64,000 nucleotides of DNA, taken from Euglena gracilis (taxonomy: Eukaryota). The DNA is taken from assembly GCA_039621445.1 (NCBI GenBank), contig CP154954.1:5805919-5869918 (forward strand). The letters are read 5' to 3'. A model generated the notes under the pieces. That model was not told where the DNA came from. It was given only the letters and a program-made list of their open reading frames with translations, and did no database searches. Positions 1-13,600 of this stretch are shown piece after piece. Positions within the stretch are counted from its first letter, which is position 1, and each line of letters starts with the position of its first letter. A program made the translations under genes and the position numbers.

Positions 1-3000
1 CCCTGACTTCTGCCATGGAATGGCTACAATGTACCCACTCAGCCTGCAGACGACAACAAAAACGTAATCGTAAATTCTGTCGTCCGTTCCTTTGCACGGT
101 TCTAATTCCAGAAAATCCATGCAGAGGGATGTAAAAATGTCAGGGGGTACGGGGAAAAAGTCCATCGTACCAGGGGGGGTACCTCTCCGGGGTTTTACCG
201 CTTGACAAATTTGACACCGTTGCGCTATTCGCAAACAGCGTGAGTAAAGCTCTTTCTCGCTCAGGGTTGTGCAATATCTGCGGCCCACCAACGAAAGAAG
301 TTTGGGGGCCCCAGGGTGACCATGGTTGTGATAACACAAAATCACATCATCAACCAGGTCCTGGGGAATACAATATTTGTAACCCGATTCATTGCGAAAA
401 ACCAACCGTAAAGGTGAAAGAGTGTAATTCTCCAGCACTTCGCCATTACGAAGTGTGATGACAATGGTGTCATACACCGGGTCACGACTATAATCCCATT
501 CGCGAAAGAACAGTGGGGAAGGGGACTCCGTGCGCGTAATACGCCGGGGTCCGGACGTGCTTCCACGTCGGCGCCTTCCGCGCACTGGTGCGATCAGGAA
601 TAGTTGTGAAACGGGAAAAGAATCCAAAAGATTATCCGCAGCGTCGTTTCGACGTGCGTATTCGTCAGCTTCCTGACTTCCATGAAAAGTCGCGTCTCCC
701 TCATCCGGGTTCCCAGGGTAATACCAAGCGGCCCGATTGAGCGGATCCGCTACTTTTTGTGGGTGACCAGGGGTATAAATAACCACAAGTTTGAATTGAC
801 TCAAGAACTCATGCCATCTGCATCGCCTTCCGACCGATGACATGGCCTTGTTCAAATCCTCGGTGTACCAGTGTTGGAGACTCTCATGGTCGGTCTCGAC
901 GAGGATCTGGACGAGGCTGCTGGCTACCCAGCTTCGGAATTTCTGGAGTATAAGCACGATTGCGTAGGTTTCCTTCTCGCGTATACTCCATTTGACTTGA
1001 CCTTTTCCATCGTCGCCCTGTAACTTTCTGCTGAAGAAAGCCACAGGTCGGAGCTCATTCGCCGCATTATGCTGGCTAAGAACTCCGCCAACAGCGTAAT
1101 CGCTGCTGTCGACTTCCAACACGTATGGTTTGTACGGGTCCGCGATTTCGAGGACAACATTCTCCAAAAGCAAAACCTTGATTTTCTCAAGGGCTTCACG
1201 CATTTGGTCATCCCAAATGACTTTGGTGTTGTCAACAGCCCGGTTTTTGAGCTGTTTGGTGAGGGGCACCGCAATTTTCGCGAAGTCCTTCATATAAATC
1301 GCGTAGTATTGGGCTAATCCCAAAAATCCTTTGAGGTGAGTAATCGTTTTGATTACCTCAGGGGTCCATTTCTTAATGGCTTCGAGTTTACTCGGAGCGG
1401 CTTTCCGCTGTCCATTGCTAAGGATATGACCGCAAAATTTTATAAGTATCCGAAACAAATGCAGTTTCGCGCCTTTCGCGAAAAGCACATGTTTTTGAAA
1501 AGCGGTTAATACCGCGCAAACATGGTGGAAGTGTGTGACGAGGATATCCTCGCTCGATTTTGCGGATGGTGGTGGTGTTCCCACCAGCACATCATCAATG
1601 TACACAATGGCAAACGGTAAATCGCGTAGAACCCATTGTATCACGCGCTGAAACATGGCTGGGCCATTCTTAACACCCATGGGGAGTACCGTCCATTGGT
1701 ACACACCCTTGGATGTCACGAATGCCGTGTATGGTTGGGAGTCAGGGTGTAAGTGCATTTGGTGAAAACCGTCCTCCAGATCGAAAATTGACCACAACCG
1801 GTTTTCCGATTGTTTGGTGATCAAATCCTCGATCAGGGGGAGCGGGAAGGGATCATCCCTTGTTTGGGAGTTCAGGTACCGGTAATCCAGCACCAGCCTC
1901 CATTTCTTCTGACCTGAGGGGTCTGGGGGTTTAGGAACAACGAATGCCTGGGATGTCCACTCGCTTTTCGAGGGTACAATCCACTTGCGCTGAATAAGCT
2001 TCTCAATCATTTCATTGAGAGCTTGTTCGCGTTCTCCCGAACAACGAAAAAATTTCCGGTGCATTGGCTTGGCTCCATCCTTAAGCTCGATCTTACAAAC
2101 ACCGAACGGACCGCGTATCGCGGGGTCGATGTCGCACGCGTATACTGGATTTTCCAGCACACCGTGAAATTCGCGGGTAATCCGCGAACAGAGTTCGGCT
2201 GACTTAGGATGCTGACCTGTACTCTCGATGACTGCGGAAACCGCCAGGGTATCCCTGGGGCTACCGAGCTTCCTCGGCACCGCGAATTCGGACATTCCGA
2301 ATGCATAGAAGAAACATACGCGAAAAATGATTTCTTGCAAGGGTGGTAATATTTTACCACAAAAATCCTCAAAAATCGGTACATTAGTGGGTAAATCCCA
2401 CCAATGAAAACATACATACGATAGTTGGGTGAACCATTCCGCTTCCGGAATTATGGGTATGAGAATAACTCCAAGGGCTTCATCCCGCAGAATTTTCTCA
2501 ACCGCACATTCGATAAGTTTTGGGGGATGGTGCATCCATAACACCGTGTCACCCCAAAATTTATCAAATGCGTTGGAGTGTTGTGACCAATGACGTGGCA
2601 AACGGGCATGTGCATTGGATGAAAACGCATCGATTTCCAATGTCAAATCAAAAGAATCAGCCAATGTCGCGATTTTGGAAAACCATCGTTCCAAAAGCGA
2701 TATTGACCAAAATTGAAAGCATTCCATACGCGTTTCGCGTATTCGTGCACCCGATTTCCGGGTTGGAGAGAAGAAACACAATGAATGGATCCACAAACAT
2801 GCGGGTTGTCTTCCACTACCTCAAGGGGTAATCCCAAGGGAGTTTGGACAGATTGGGGGTTTCCCCATTCTGCATGAAATTTATACCAAGTGTACTTGGG
2901 ATGGTGGTTAGGCATGACGCTTTTCGCGTTTCCGAACAACGAGGTTATTCCGCGTTGTTGGAGTACTCGGTGTATCTCCGCGCATTGCGGGTTACAACCA

Positions 3001-4130
3001 AGTGTATCCTGGGGTGTGGATTCCGTATTCGGAATTGCGATTAGTGTCGGATTTTCAACTAAACATCCACAATCGAAATTCGATTGGGTGGAAATTCTCC
3101 TGCAGTGCACACATTGGAAGGAAGTGTGTTGGTGTGACAGGTGTGCGTGTAAGTGGGTGTCGATGGCATTAGCCGGTGAGTCTTGTACAGGTGTGCCTGG
3201 ATTCGGCACAACTGGTAGGAAACGGAGTGGTGGTGTAGCTGGGCGACTACTCGACACCGATATATCTTCAGGCCTTTGGGCTTTCGTCTTGTAACCCAGT
3301 GAAACCGCTACTCGCTTGCCCTGCCTCGTGTGGAACGCATGTTGGTGTGTCATTGGGCAGGGGGGAGGCTTTCTCCGTACCCCGGGTGTGGAAAACGGTT
3401 GTTGGTGTGGTGGATAACGGTGTTGCCATTGTAGGTAACGGTGTTGGAAAAGTGGTGGTCATCATGGCGGATGCCAACGGTGATGGTGGTTTGGGTGTCA
3501 ATGAAGTGGTGGGTGCTGTGCGCAAACCGTGGGAGTGGCAATCCACAACCAATCGGTACTGGCGTAAAAATGGGTATCCCAAAATTACGTCAGACCCGTG
3601 AATTCCGGACTCGTAACCCAAATATTGGTGAAATGTTGTAATTGTGGGGGTTGTGAGTGATGCTTCGGAATGATGGGCAAGAGTATCTCGAGCACACATC
3701 CCAAATCACCACCACACATGGGGGTGTTATCCGCGGTTGTAATTTTGATCGGTTTCTTGGCGCTTACCAAGAGCGGGGTCGGTATCAACCCCATCCGAAA
3801 GAGCAGTGCAGTGCGACAACCAGTGTCAATGAGAATTTTAACTTTGGTGGAGAAATTTTGGGTGCGGATTTCCGCTTGGACGAGTAATTCCATTGGTGGT
3901 ACGCAAAGTGAAGGGTCTGGCGGAAATACGTTTGCATGCCAGCTCTCCCATGAACCCTTTCCTACTTTGCTCAGCATTCCGAGCGGAAATGTGGAGTGGG
4001 GGGTACGGGACCCGAAATAATTCCGGGTACTGACCGTGAAGGCGGATGGGCAGGGGGGGTAAGGTTGATCAGGTCTTACCTCCATCTGTTCATCAGCCCA
4101 GAGGTCCGTGCCCTCGGACCTCGGGCTCCC
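1..4130 (-). pseudogene. pol: pol of copy A: protease, Cys-rich module, Dam-like MTase domain, RT, RNase H, integrase N-part (frameshifts in the 5' part)
   Basis: ORF 3585-4085 ILIDTGC (aspartic protease); IDAF...LWMHHP region ~2290-2715; YIDD at ~1590-1601; HGHPG...CQIC integrase zinc finger at ~200-330. Confidence 0.88.
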
Positions 4131-6475
4131 CTACTCCAAGTCCGAACCGGCCGCATAGCCGGCAACGGACTTTTTGGTGGAATAGCTGGAATTAAATGAG
4201 CGCATCGCCATTCGGGCCTCATTAAATTCCCCGTCCGAGGTCTCATCCCCCTCCCTGCCCGAAGCCGGGGTGTCCTCCTCCAAACAAGATATCTTGAAAC
4301 CGACCATTTGCCGGTTGGAGGAGTAACCACGGTCATCGCGCGCTTACCGCGATTTCCGTAGCCGGGCCGGGGGGAACGAGATCTGGGACATTTGGATGCG
4401 TGGTGATCTTTGGAACCGCAAAGTGAACAACGGGATTTGTGGCGGGATTCCGCATAACGGGGGGAACGGTATTCCGTTCGACCGTCAAACCGTCGTTGTG
4501 TACGGGTTTCCCGTCGACCATGACCGGTGTACCGGGGTTTCCCCGGTGACTCCCGCGAAGAGGATGATCCACTTCGCGAACGAGATCGTGAAGAGTCGCG
4601 ATTGAAATCCCGTTTTCGGGTAGGGGGTCCAGGTGGCCGACCGCGAGAAGGACAGCTTTCCCGACCATCACGCGATGGTGACTTGGACCTGCTACCGCTA
4701 AAGCGTTTCTCCGAAGAACGTGAAACTCCTGATTGACTGAAAACGCCGAGGAACCCGATCCCCGTGAGGAGGTCGAGCCCCTTGGGCTTCCAATACGCTT
4801 TCGCGCATCGGGATTCGGACATTCCCGAGACATGTGACCAGATTTGTTGCACAAAAAGCACAGTTTATCCCTGCCCTGGTCCGAAGAACGCTGATTACGC
4901 GTTTTCGGTCCCGTGGTGGGTGATCTTGGTGACATGGGTGATTTTTGCAATGCATTAACCGCACCCGCAGAGATTCCCGCGGTGGGATGCGTTTGGAAAG
5001 CGGACTGTATTTGTCCCAAAACTTGTGTGAGTTTGAGTTGCTTTGACACATAATTCCAACGTTGGGCAAGAGTCATCTCATGCCCTGCCAACTCCTCGCG
5101 ATGGATATCCTTCACGAGGGATGGTGTAAAATGCAACAAAACCGCATCGAATTGTTCGCGCATTTGCTTCTCGCTAAGTTCATCAACTTCGGAAGCAAGT
5201 GCTAACCATTTGGCATACCAAAGGTCAATGTATTTCCATTTGCGATCCGATGGCGCGGATTGTCGCCACTTCTTCTCCACGGTAATCCTGGTGACCAAGC
5301 TTGAGTTGGTTGAAGCGTATTGCTCAACCAGGTCATCGAATGATACGCCATTACGTATCACCAAATTACGTGCGCGTTCTCGCTCTTCCCTCGGTAGGCA
5401 ATCGATGAATTCCATCTTGACTACCTCGGGATTCGGGTCTTGGGTGGGTCCCTTTAGTGCCCAGTGATACTCCCAGTCCCGAAAAAATTGTCTCCGTGTG
5501 GTTGGATCCCCGTCCCATTGGGGTTTCACCTTGTTCGCGATTGCGATGGTGCCCTTGAAGTCTCTCTGAGTAACCCGCTGACCCTCGGTGGTATTCCAGG
5601 GGTTTGGGTCAGGGTGATTCTTTACACCAAACGCGTTTCGCGGATTTTCCGCTCCATGTGTACCCCGTGCAGGATTTCCCGCACCAAGTGTAGGGGTGGC
5701 AGGATTTTCCTGCGGGAAGTGCGAAAAATGTGGTGAATTTCTCCCGGTGGGGCGGGTTTCCCGCCGAAAACCCGACGGGTGGTCTGGTAATCCAGAACCC
5801 GTTGGTGATTGGTATGATCACGAATGCGACACATGACCAATACCAGGTGTGGGGTGTTGGCTCATTCCTCGTACAAGGTTGGAATGCTGAATTTCTTGGT
5901 GGAGACTCGAATTTGCGTGCGGGGCGTCAATTTCCTCATCGGAAATGTTGAGCGAAAGGTGGGTTTGTGGTGTGGGCAAAAGCAAAGGTGGTACAATTCG
6001 CGTTTTCGCGGGTGGTTGTACCAAATTCGCGGTGGATGTAGGGATTCCTACTCCAGAAATGGTAATTTGAGAACGCGATTCTGGGACATTTGGAATACCA
6101 ACCGCAGCGCTTACCGCGGTGGATGGTGGCACAACCGGTGCCGGAGTGGACATTTTATCCAAACTCGCGGACAAGTCATGCTCCGTTTCTTCCAAATGTT
6201 CCACCAACTGGAGTTGGCCGCAAATACGGTCAACCTCAGTCTCCAAATGTCTAATGCGTTTGCGGTAACGGGAAAAATCGTCCAAGTGTGGTAACATTTC
6301 AGAAACCAAGTGTAGGTCTTGGACAAGTTGTCTCTGGGACTCCTCCACATTCCGGAGTTGACCCGCAAGCGCTTTTACTGCATTTGAGACAATTTGCAAT
6401 TGGTGGGGTGACTTGGTTGGGGTTTCCGCGGTGGTGCGCGAATTTTCCGCGGTTGACTTTTCCAACAGCGCAGAA
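4131..6475 (-). pseudogene. gag: gag of copy A (C-terminal part: capsid plus two CCHC zinc knuckles)
   Basis: KPQWDGDPTT-RQFFRDWEY capsid-like motif; CFLCNKSGHMSREC and CSLCGSKDHHASKC knuckles; ends at TAG 4131-4133. Confidence 0.88.
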
Positions 6476-9400
6476 TCAGGAGCCGATGGTGCCGGAGTAG
6501 ACGCTTGCCGTCTGGGCGAAGCGGGCATACTGACCGCTGGGTCACGCATGACGCTCCGAGGGGTCGGCACTCGTTCCCGGGGTTGTTCAGACGGCCGTCG
6601 CCGAGCAGGTTCATCCTGTCCGACGAGGCGTGGCACTGTGGTCGTCACCGGAATCGGTGCTTCCACAGGTGCTGGCACTCCCAGAAACTCTGCCATTGTC
6701 TTCGGGATGGCAGGGACCCTGCGCGGTGTCAGTGGTCGTGGGGGTATCTCCTCCACTTCCATTTCGACATCCGGTCAATGAGGTTGATCCTCCACAACCG
6801 CTGGCGCAGGTGCTACGAGAGGTTCATCCTCCGATGTAGCCGGTGCGACAGATGGCCCTGTCGGCTGGGGTTCATCCCCTGATGGTGGTTGCACTGCTGT
6901 CGGAGATGGGGGTGAGGGAACGCCGACATCCGGCGTCTCCACGACCTCAGCGGCGGAGCTTGATGCTACGCCTCCACCTCGTGGCGTTAGTGCAGCAGCC
7001 ACGGCAGTAATGCCGGTGACTACGGCCCCGAGCACACGGCCTCCTAACGAGGTGCGTGCTGTGGGACTGGCAGGTTCTTCGAGGATATCCTCGACGACCA
7101 TACCAGTCACCTCGGCTGGAGGCTCAGCCGTTGGAACAGGCGTAGCAGCCACAGGTATATCCCCTGCGGGTGCTCCGTCTGGTCTAGGCTGTGCCGGAGC
7201 AGGCAGAGCAGCGTAGAGGATATCCTCCACGTTCTCACCTTCCTCCTCAGGAAGTTCCTGGTCTCCACCTACCGGTGGACAGACGCAAGCCGCCGCGGGA
7301 GCCGGGGAAACCGATCGTTCCCCTTCCGCTCGCGGGGCAGAGACGAAGGATACAGCCGTTCCTGTCGGAGACGGCGGCGCTGCCTCTAGAATGGTGACGG
7401 AGGGGCTGCGGTCGCGTTCCTCCCGCCGCGGAATCGCGGTGGTGGAAGCGACTGACGCCTCACGTCTCCTTCGCGCCAGAGGTTCATCCTCCGGGGCGAT
7501 GAAGGCGCGCAGATCCTCGGGCGAACGAGGATCGTCGGGGTGCCATCGGCATCCCTGGGCATCCGCCAGCCTGTAAAAGGCCAGCGTACTGCTGCTGGCG
7601 CTGTTGGGCCAGGGTGGCGGCTATGATGGCTGCACCCAGGCGTTGGCAGGCCTGTTCGGGCCCATGAAGCCGCGGTAACCCGTGTCTTCCCAGACCTCGA
7701 AAAAGCCCTCCTCGAACTCCTGAACGCATGCCAGAATCGGCATACGCTGTTCGAGGATGGCCTGCGGGTGACACATCAGCGGAAGGAATACCTCCCGGTC
7801 GAGGGTACCGCCAAACTGTCGCCGCAAATGTTCCTCCATGCTGATATCAGCCAGGTGCCAGTTGGGGCGCAGGTGGCCGAGAATCCGACGACGAGGACCC
7901 TCGATGGCGTCACCGTAATTCGGTGGCAGGCTTTCCATACCAGGCCTATCGTCCTGGGGGTCACGGAGATGTATATACACCTCCATGACATAGGTGGTCC
8001 AGGCTCGCCACCAGAACTGCTGCAGCATAAAAATACGCTGCTTGTGGACGCGGCGACTTTTGCCCTGGACATCCGGGGCGTCGCGGCACACATGCATAGG
8101 CATGCGGCGTCCCTTCTCCAGGCCCGGGTTATCCCGAGGCGGTGGAGGACTTCCGCGCACGCCGAATCCCCAGAAGTCGACAGGAAATTCCTGCCGGCAG
8201 TACTTACAGCAGAGGTCATACTTCTGCGGGTAAGCCAGGGAAACGCGCTTAACGCGGAAGGTGGAGCCGTAATGGCTCACCAGCCACACCTGGAGGTTGT
8301 TGCACCACAACACCTCGATCAGGCGTTCGATGTCGGGGTGTAGTGGGTAGAATTCCCACTGCACGCCGAGGGGTCCGACTGTATGAATACAGTCGAAGAT
8401 TGCCTTCAGCCTTCGGGCCAACAAACGCTGGTCCCGAAATCTCAACTGGTGCAGGTAACTGCGACCAGTGGAATCGCCGAAGGGACCCCAGTTCTGGCAG
8501 GGGTATCCCAGCCAAAACCAGAGCTCCCAGAAACCTGGCTGGGTATCCAGCAAGGGTCTGCCACCTTCACCTTCGAAGGCGTACAGATCTATCCCGTAAT
8601 GGAATAGTCTGACTCTGTTCTCGGTGTGGCGTAATACCACATCGATGACTGCTTGTGGAGGGGTGACGGGGCGGTTTCCTGCAACATGGTAATCATGCTG
8701 CATTCGCCAGCCTTCGTCCTCCAGCTCCTCCTTGAACCTGAGCATATGCTCAAAGTCCGAGAGGACTTCTGCTGGTTCCTCTTCCTCCTCACGTGCTGTT
8801 CCCTTACCTTTACCCTCACCCTTCCCTTTGCCGGCCACGCCTTTGCCTTCTCCCTTGCCTTTGCCCTCGGCCTTGCCTGTGTCCTTTCCCGTCTGACGAA
8901 TACCAGAGGGTCGGGCGCTCAGTGCCGCCGGAGTCGGTTCGGTTCCTTCCCATTCCATCTCTGGGGAGGGACCTGGCCGACCCGCTGCACGTCGCGGTGA
9001 CGGCGTGGCTGGGCGTTGGCTAGAAGTCTGGCGTGGGCTTGGCTTCGACGCAGGGGGTCGCGGCTCCTTCCATACCGGAGGGATCGGCGGTGGTATTGTG
9101 GCAACAGGACGGCTCATCGCCGCCTGTGCCTCTGCCGGTGGTCGTCCAGCCGGGGTGTCCTGGCTGTCTTCCACCTGCATTGCCACACCGCCTTCCGCGT
9201 CCCGTGGGCTGGGTCGCCTGGGCTGTGGGGTAAGGTTCTCCGTAGTCCTGTCGTGCTTCAGGGTGGCAGGTAATACTGCCACACCTGCCGGGGGCTCACC
9301 GTGTAATACCGGGGTTGCCACCCGCAGCTGTGGCTGGTACGGATGGTATGGGGTGTATCCACGGCCCTGAAGGGCAGCCAGAGAGGAATAATACCTCGTC

Positions 9401-10436
9401 CGGTGCTCTTCAGACGCGAATACTGGCTCCTGCAGGAAGTGTCGAGCAAGCTCATCCTGCTCGGTTCCCGAAGGTGCCATGTGGTAGTAGGGAGTCTCCT
9501 GCCGACGGGGGATATCCCCAGTCTGGACAGGAGCTGCACTGGGCGGTCGGGCTGCCACACGGTGGGGAGGTTCATCCTCCACCACCATGGGCTCCGCCTG
9601 CCGCCGTGGCTCAACGCCAGGGACAGGGGCGACCGGTGATGCCTGTGGCATCCTGTGCATGAACATGTGTTGGACGTACGCCTCAGGGGGCACGTCCTAC
9701 TGTCCGGCTGGGGGCACGCGTGCGCCGCGCGGGTAATCCGCGTGCGTCGCGTACTGCGAGACAAAGTGCTCCGCTGGCGGCTCGCGCGGCGGCATTCGCT
9801 GCGGCGAGGGCGGGCGAGCAAAAATTTTCGTCATCCCAGGTGGGACATGCACAGCCTCACCTACCGGTGGGGGCGTGTGCTCACGCATATGCACGGTGTG
9901 GGATCCCACCGGCGTCTGCGTTTGCAGCATGGGCGGCACATACACGCCCAGGTCCATCATTGTTCCGCCAGGCTCGAATTCGGAATCGGATGCCGACGAG
10001 AAATACCGTCTCCCCGTCATCAGGGCTTGACCACAGGGACACCACTGAGCCACCGGCGTGTTGACTACCACCAACAACTGAGCACAGTATGCATCCCAAA
10101 GGGCTTGCATAAAGGGCTCTGTTGGGGGGTGTGCGCACATACGCATCGCCCGCTCCAACGTCTACGTAGTGCGGAAGATCATCTCTCCCGCATACGGGGG
10201 CAGGCGCGATCTGCGCTGCGCTGGTGGCTGAGGTGCCGGCTGCTGGACGGCAGATGGATCTGGTACCGCATATGCGGACCGGCTACTGGTAGCTGCGGCG
10301 AATACCTGGGTTGAAACCCTCTCAGCATGTGGGCACCTGGAATCGGGGCCTCAGCATACTGAGGGTACTTGGGGTATGGCGCGCCAGGAGGCTGCGGCCA
10401 TGATGGACCTGGTCCAGGTCCGCGCCCAGGCAGCAG
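6476..10436 (-). pseudogene. ORF3 (large accessory protein downstream of pol) of copy B, C-terminally truncated
   Basis: ORFs 9697-10158, 7621-9693 and 6775-7230 share blocks with C and E ORF3 (LPPY-G...ALWD..C; GFWELWFWLGYPCQN; YPQ-Y-L-C--C---F--DFWGFG). Confidence 0.85.
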
Positions 10437-10632
10437 GATGCTACCCGAACGACGACGACAACCAAGGGTAACCTTGTTGTCAGTCGCTGTGAGTGCTGGT
10501 GCACTGAAAAAGGTAGGCTTCTATCTTAATCAAAAACTCTGCGAGAAAGATAGAGAAATAAGGAAGTGCAGGGGGGGGTATAAACGCGAAACATTCACAT
10601 AAAACACACGCATTTTCCAAAACGAAATCGTT

Positions 10633-13600
10633 TCAGAAGGTGTTTATGTTTATGTCTATGTGATTGCGCTTGTTCCACAGCTTCCAATCCTGCTGGATAT
10701 ATCCAACAAAACTGGATGCTGGCTCCCAAGTGTCCTCCTCTGGCCCATACCCTTTCCAGCGAACTTTCCAGTAGTGCACACCCCTGTCGACCTTGTGGTC
10801 TATTATCGTATTGACCACAAAGTCGTCCGTTTCAGGTAATCTGGAACGGGGCTTGAAATACAGGCAGGGGATAGCTTTTCCGTCTGGAGGGCTTAGGTAC
10901 GGTTTGAAGTCGTCCATATGGACGTCCTCAATCCCGTTGGGCAAGGCAACTTTATATCGCCCGCTACCACCTAACCTCTCCAAAATTTCGCATGGGCCGA
11001 GCCAAAGAGGATCTAGCTTGGAATATTGCATGCGGGGGCGGTTATTCCGTACCCACACGCGGTCACCTGGACTATACACAGGTGTGTTGAAGTTCTGTAA
11101 AAACGATTTCCGTTTGTTGGAATGAATTTCTTTGATACGTGATTGGACTGCGGAGCGGAGTGATTCCACTGCTGCAAACCACGTTTCACAGCTGACGCTA
11201 CTTCGGGCGGGTCTCTCCGAGGGGATATCCCTTATGGCCGGAGGGTCTCGTCCGAAAACAATTTTATACGGTGAGTGTGGTAATACCAACCCTGGCAAGG
11301 TATTGATGTAAAATGAACACCAATGAAGAACGGATAACGAATTCTTACCCGAGTCAGCCAGTGAAAGGCGAAGCATATTGACAACGGATTTCACGGCTGC
11401 CCCGGCTCTACCATTGCCTTTCGGGCGGTATATGATGGAAAAATGCTGCTCAATGCAGAGTAAACCGCACAAAGTTGTGAAAAACCGCGAAGAGATCAAG
11501 TGATCTTGATCGCTCACGATTTCGTTCGGTAAACCCATTAAGCAGATACATTTCTCCAGGAATATGGATGCCAAAATCTAGGCCGTCAACCCTGCTTTCC
11601 GGCATGGAATGGCTACAATGTACCCACTCAGCCGACAGACGACAACAAAAACGTAATCGTAAATTTTGTCATCTGATCCTTTGCAAGGTTCAAGTTCGAG
11701 AAAGTCCATGCAGAGGGACGTAAAAGTGTCTGGTGGTACGGGGAAAAAGTCCATCGTACCAGGGGGGGTACGTCTGCGCGGTTTTACAGCCTGACAAATT
11801 TGGCACCGTTGCGAAATTCACAAACAGCGCGAATATAATTCTTTTTCACTCAGGGTTGTGCCATATCTGCGACCCACTAGTGAAAGAAGTTTGGGGGCCC
11901 CAGGGTGACCATGGTTGTGATAGCTCAAAATCACATCATCAACCAGGTCTTGGGGTATACAATATTTATAAACAGAATCATTCCGTAAAATAAGCCGCAA
12001 TGGTGATAGAGAGTAATTCTCTATGGATTCACCATTACGAAGTCTATTCACAATGGTACTATATATAGGGTCACGCGAATAATCCCATTCACGGAAAAAT
12101 AGGCGGGTAGGAGTTTCCGTACGCGTAATGCGACGGGGTCCGGCAGTGCGTCCACGCCGGCGCCTTCCACGCAATGGTGAAATGGCGATGCTGCGATATA
12201 CCCGGGAAACGGGTAGTGAATCGAGCATGTTGTCCGCAGCGTCGGATCGACATGCGAACTGGTCAGCCTCATGGCTGCCATGAAAAGTCGCATCACCCTC
12301 ATCCGGGTTCCCAGGATAATACCAGGGGGCTCGGCTGAGAGGATCCGCAACTTTTTGTGTGTGACCTCGGGTATAGATAACCAGCAGGTTAAACTGGCTC
12401 AAGAACTCATGCCATCGGCATCTTCTGCCAACTGATGACATGGCCTTGTTTAGGTCCTCGGTATACCAGTGTTGAAGGCTCTCATGATCCGTCAACACGA
12501 GTATCTGGACCAAGCTGCTGGCTATCCAGCTGCGGAATGTCTGGAGAAAAAGCACAATGGCATATGTCTCCTTTTCGCGAATGCTCCATTTAACCTGTCC
12601 TTTCCCGTTGTCGCCCTGCAGCTTCCTGCTGAAGAAAGCCACAGGTCGGAGTTCATTCGCCACATTATGCTGGCTAAGAACTCCGCCAACAGCGTAATCG
12701 CTGCTGTCGACCTCCAGGACATACGGTTTATATGGATCCGCGATATCGAGAACCACGTTCTCGAGCAGCAAGTCCTTGATTTTATTCAAGGCCTCGCGCA
12801 TTTGGTCATCCCAAATGACTTTTGCGTTATCGGGTGTCCGATTTTTGAGTTGTCGGGTTAGAGGTACCGCGATTTTTGCGAAATCTTTCTTGTAAATCGC
12901 GTAGTATTGGGCTAATCCCAAAAATCCCTTTAAATGCGTTAAGGTCTTAATTACCTCAGGAGTCCATTTCTTAATGGCCTCCATCTTACTGGGTGCGGCT
13001 TTACGCTGCCCGTTGCTCAGGATTTGCCCGCAAAACTTAATAATTTTGCAAAACAGCTGCATTTTGGAACCATTCACAAAAAGCAAATGCTTTTTGAACG
13101 CGGATAATACCGCCCGCACATCGCGATAATGCGGTTCGAGGATAGCCTCGCCCGATTTCGCGGATGGCGGTTGGGTTCCCACCAGTACATCATCGATGTA
13201 CACCAGAGCAAACGGTAAATCGCGCAAAAACCCACTGGATCATGCGTTGAAACATGGCTGGGCCATTCCTTACACCCATGGGGAGTACCGTCCATTGGTA
13301 CACACCCTTGGATGTCACGAATGCCGTGTACGGTTGCGAATCAGGATGCAAATGCATCTGATGGAAACCGTCTTCCAGATCAAAGATTGACCACAACCGG
13401 TTATCCGATTGTCTGGTGTTCAAATCCTCGATCAGCGGTAACAGGAAGGGGTCATCCTTCGTTTGGGAGTTCAGGTACCGGTAATCCAGCACTAGTCTCC
13501 ACTTCTTCTGACCAGACTGGTCAGCAGGTTTGGGCACCACAAAAGTCTGTGATGTCCATTCGCTCTTGGAAGGGATAATCCACTTCCGCTGGATGAGCTT

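Larger units (their letters stand above)
1..6475 (-). mobile_element. Gypsy/chromovirus-like LTR retrotransposon copy A (same subfamily as C); 5' end lost, 3' end runs off the window
   Basis: Reverse complement aligns almost base for base with C 17684-24170; gag, PR, RT, RH and IN motifs in Gypsy order. Confidence 0.93.
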
